DNA of 58,080 nucleotides, taken from the NCBI GenBank assembly GCA_964394925.1, contig CAYMZG010000001.1, positions 261,656-319,735 of the forward strand. The letters are read 5' to 3'. The stretch comes from an uncultured Candidatus Saccharibacteria bacterium. Its GTDB lineage: Bacteria; Patescibacteriota; Saccharimonadia; Saccharimonadales; CAYLGV01. The position numbers were made by a program, and so were the translations under genes. Shown here one piece after another: positions 56,528-58,080 of the stretch (the stretch's first letter is position 1; each line of letters begins with the position of its first letter). Below the pieces are notes generated by a model, which was not told where the DNA came from, made no database searches, and saw only the letters and a program-made list of their open reading frames with translations.

Positions 56528-57289
56528 ATGCAGCATTTCTTTATCTTATTCATACCGGGCGTTCTAGGTGGCATGATTAATGCCATTGCTGGGGGCGGCG
56601 GTATTGTTATGTATCCGGCTTTACTTGCCTCTGGCCTGAGCCCAATTATGGCCAATGCAACAACCAGCCTTGTTTTTTTACCAGGAAGCGCTACTTCAGC
56701 ACTTGGCTACAAAAAAGAACTTCAAAAAATACCTCGCCATTACTACTGGCTACTTGTGCCCTGCTTTTTCGGATCTGTAATTGGTAGCTATGTGTTAGTG
56801 CACACCAACCCGACCACCTTTGAGCGACTAGCCCCATGGCTCGTGCTGTCCGCAGTAATACTACTCGCATTGCAATCTCGCATTCACCGCTGGCTGACCA
56901 AGCAATCAAAAAAACGTAAGATCCATTGGCATACCCTACCCTTGCTATGTCTAGCAGCCTTCCCCTTAGCAATCTACGCCGGTTTCTTTGGCGTCGGCTT
57001 CGGACTTATGATGTTGGCCCTGCTTGGCTTTACAGCCTTGAAGTCAGTCTACCAAATGAACGGACTAAAAAATGTATGTGGAATTGTCATTGCCAGCGTA
57101 TCGGTGTTATACCTCTCAAAAACCGGCTTTATCCATTGGCATTCCGGGCTTATTATGGCAGCCGGCACTGCGGTTGGTGGCTATGCAGGCTCGTTACTGT
57201 CAAAGAAAGTTACAGCACATGTTGTGCACGACCTAACTGTCGTAATCGGTCTAGTCATATCCGTTATTCTTATCGCTAAACAATACTAG
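56528..57289 (+). CDS. TSUP (TauE/SafE) family anion permease
   Basis: 253 aa, 7-8 TMs with Gly-rich GGGGIVMYP-type motifs in both halves. Confidence 0.75.
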   Translation: MQHFFILFIPGVLGGMINAIAGGGGIVMYPALLASGLSPIMANATTSLVFLPGSATSALGYKKELQKIPRHYYWLLVPCFFGSVIGSYVLVHTNPTTFERLAPWLVLSAVILLALQSRIHRWLTKQSKKRKIHWHTLPLLCLAAFPLAIYAGFFGVGFGLMMLALLGFTALKSVYQMNGLKNVCGIVIASVSVLYLSKTGFIHWHSGLIMAAGTAVGGYAGSLLSKKVTAHVVHDLTVVIGLVISVILIAKQY

Positions 57290-57930
57290 GCCTTCTTGCT
57301 AGCCTTGCTGCTCTCTTTGATGATTGCCCCAGCTGAAAGTAATGTAGCGTTGGGAAGTAGCACTAGTTTTCCATCCGTAAGTATCTTGGTGTGCGTGAGG
57401 CCAATATCTTTAATCTTACCTTCATACGTTCCACCCAGAGCACCTGCCGTTATCGATAGTTCATCGCCAACCTGAAACGGTCGTGAAATTATCAACACCA
57501 CACTCGCGAAGAAATTTGCCAACGACTGCTGTGCAGCAACGCTTAAGATAACACCGAGGGCTGCCCCACCAAGCAGGAGTTTGTCGATCGGGATACCCAT
57601 GAGTGTCATCGTACCCAAAATAATGATGATAAAACCAAACAGATGCAGGAAGAAGCGAACCGCTGCCGTACGACCAGTGTTTAAATAGGGCTGCAGTACT
57701 TTTGTGGTTGCCGTTGAAACAACGCGCAAAAACAGTGTTGAACCAAGAATAAACAAGAGGATACCAATGGCTGCCAGGATTCTTTGACTAACATCCCCAG
57801 CTCGCAGATTGCCGTGTGTATTGCAGAGGTACACACCAAACCCAGCCAGTATGGCGGTTGGGATCATGCCGCGGCTGGCCTGTTGCCAGATTTTTTTAGA
57901 TAGATCTTTTGTGTGTGTTTCCATAAGCAC
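57286..57930 (-). CDS. small-conductance mechanosensitive channel (MscS family), short
   Basis: Three TMs followed by RPFQVGDELSI...LLPNATL, the MscS beta-domain signature. Confidence 0.75.
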   Translation of the reverse strand: MLMETHTKDLSKKIWQQASRGMIPTAILAGFGVYLCNTHGNLRAGDVSQRILAAIGILLFILGSTLFLRVVSTATTKVLQPYLNTGRTAAVRFFLHLFGFIIIILGTMTLMGIPIDKLLLGGAALGVILSVAAQQSLANFFASVVLIISRPFQVGDELSITAGALGGTYEGKIKDIGLTHTKILTDGKLVLLPNATLLSAGAIIKESSKASKKA

Positions 57931-58026
57931 TATTGTACCGCCAGGTTACGGCAATACCAATGCCCCTTACGGTTGATAATGCTAGTTTGTAATCATCAGG
58001 GGCTTTTATCTAATTCAAGTACAAAT

Positions 58027-58080
58027 TGGTAGCGGGGGCGAGATTTGAACTCGCGACCTCAGGCTTATGAGTCCTGCGCT
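58027..58080 (-). tRNA. tRNA with CAU anticodon (elongator Met or Ile2), 5' part beyond the window
   Basis: The reverse complement gives loop CTCATAA, T-arm GCGAG-TTCAAAT-CTCGC and 3' CCCCGCT-A-CCA. An A1-U72 pair is implied, so it is not an initiator. Confidence 0.8.

Noticed and set aside
1-58080. Looked for CRISPR arrays, rRNA genes, transposases, integrases, toxin-antitoxin pairs and known defence-system genes.
   Set aside because: No regularly spaced direct repeats, no rRNA-like stretches, and no ORF with recombinase, nuclease or helicase signatures typical of these systems were seen.

Overview
Gene-dense window with about 70 protein genes and 5 tRNAs. I saw no rRNA, CRISPR array, transposase or integrase. 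It reads like core chromosome of a small-genome, monoderm-like bacterium. The gene content suggests a Patescibacteria/CPR (Saccharibacteria-like) lineage: a type IV pilus operon without secretin, a short ComEC, RimK, a half-length TsaB, many tiny membrane ORFs and 1-4 nt gene overlaps. That lineage call is inference only. Blocks in order: (1) a minus-strand operon of OmpR-type regulator, 38-codon ORF plus hairpin, sensor kinase, and a terpene-cyclase-like/isoprenoid-synthase-like fusion that is missing from the ORF track because it runs off the window edge; it lies divergent from a P1B metal ATPase. (2) Two tRNA-Pro genes bracketing a 3.2-kb segment with a Fur-family regulator and orphan genes. 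(3) UbiB kinase, YmdB, RNase Y, a cysteine-less sortase homolog, TsaB/TsaE, a lamin-tail-domain protein, RecX/RecA. (4) A 9.5-kb type IV pilus operon: pilin, PilB, PilC, three pilin-like proteins including a 635-aa LamG protein, PilM/N/O. (5) ComEC-YebC-RuvC-RuvA-RuvB. (6) A 312-nt structured non-coding gap upstream of an EamA-type transporter. (7) A leaderless-looking operon of three ATP-grasp ligases, a RimB-type protease and DUF192. (8) An hrcA-grpE-dnaK-dnaJ operon with two CIRCE operators and two inserted orphan ORFs. (9) NUDIX, Bcp, LepA, a pair of inverted about 100-nt structured repeats, MurJ, FtsH, TilS, a TSUP permease and MscS. Best leads: the ATP-grasp/RimK cassette, the terpenoid-like fusion wired to a two-component system, the SD-sequestering hairpin with an M-Y-C-C-C-N mini-ORF, the covarying inverted repeats between murJ and lepA, and a recurrent -10 hexamer 6-11 nt upstream of many start codons that implies widespread leaderless mRNAs. 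All product calls come from motif reading by eye; no database search was possible.
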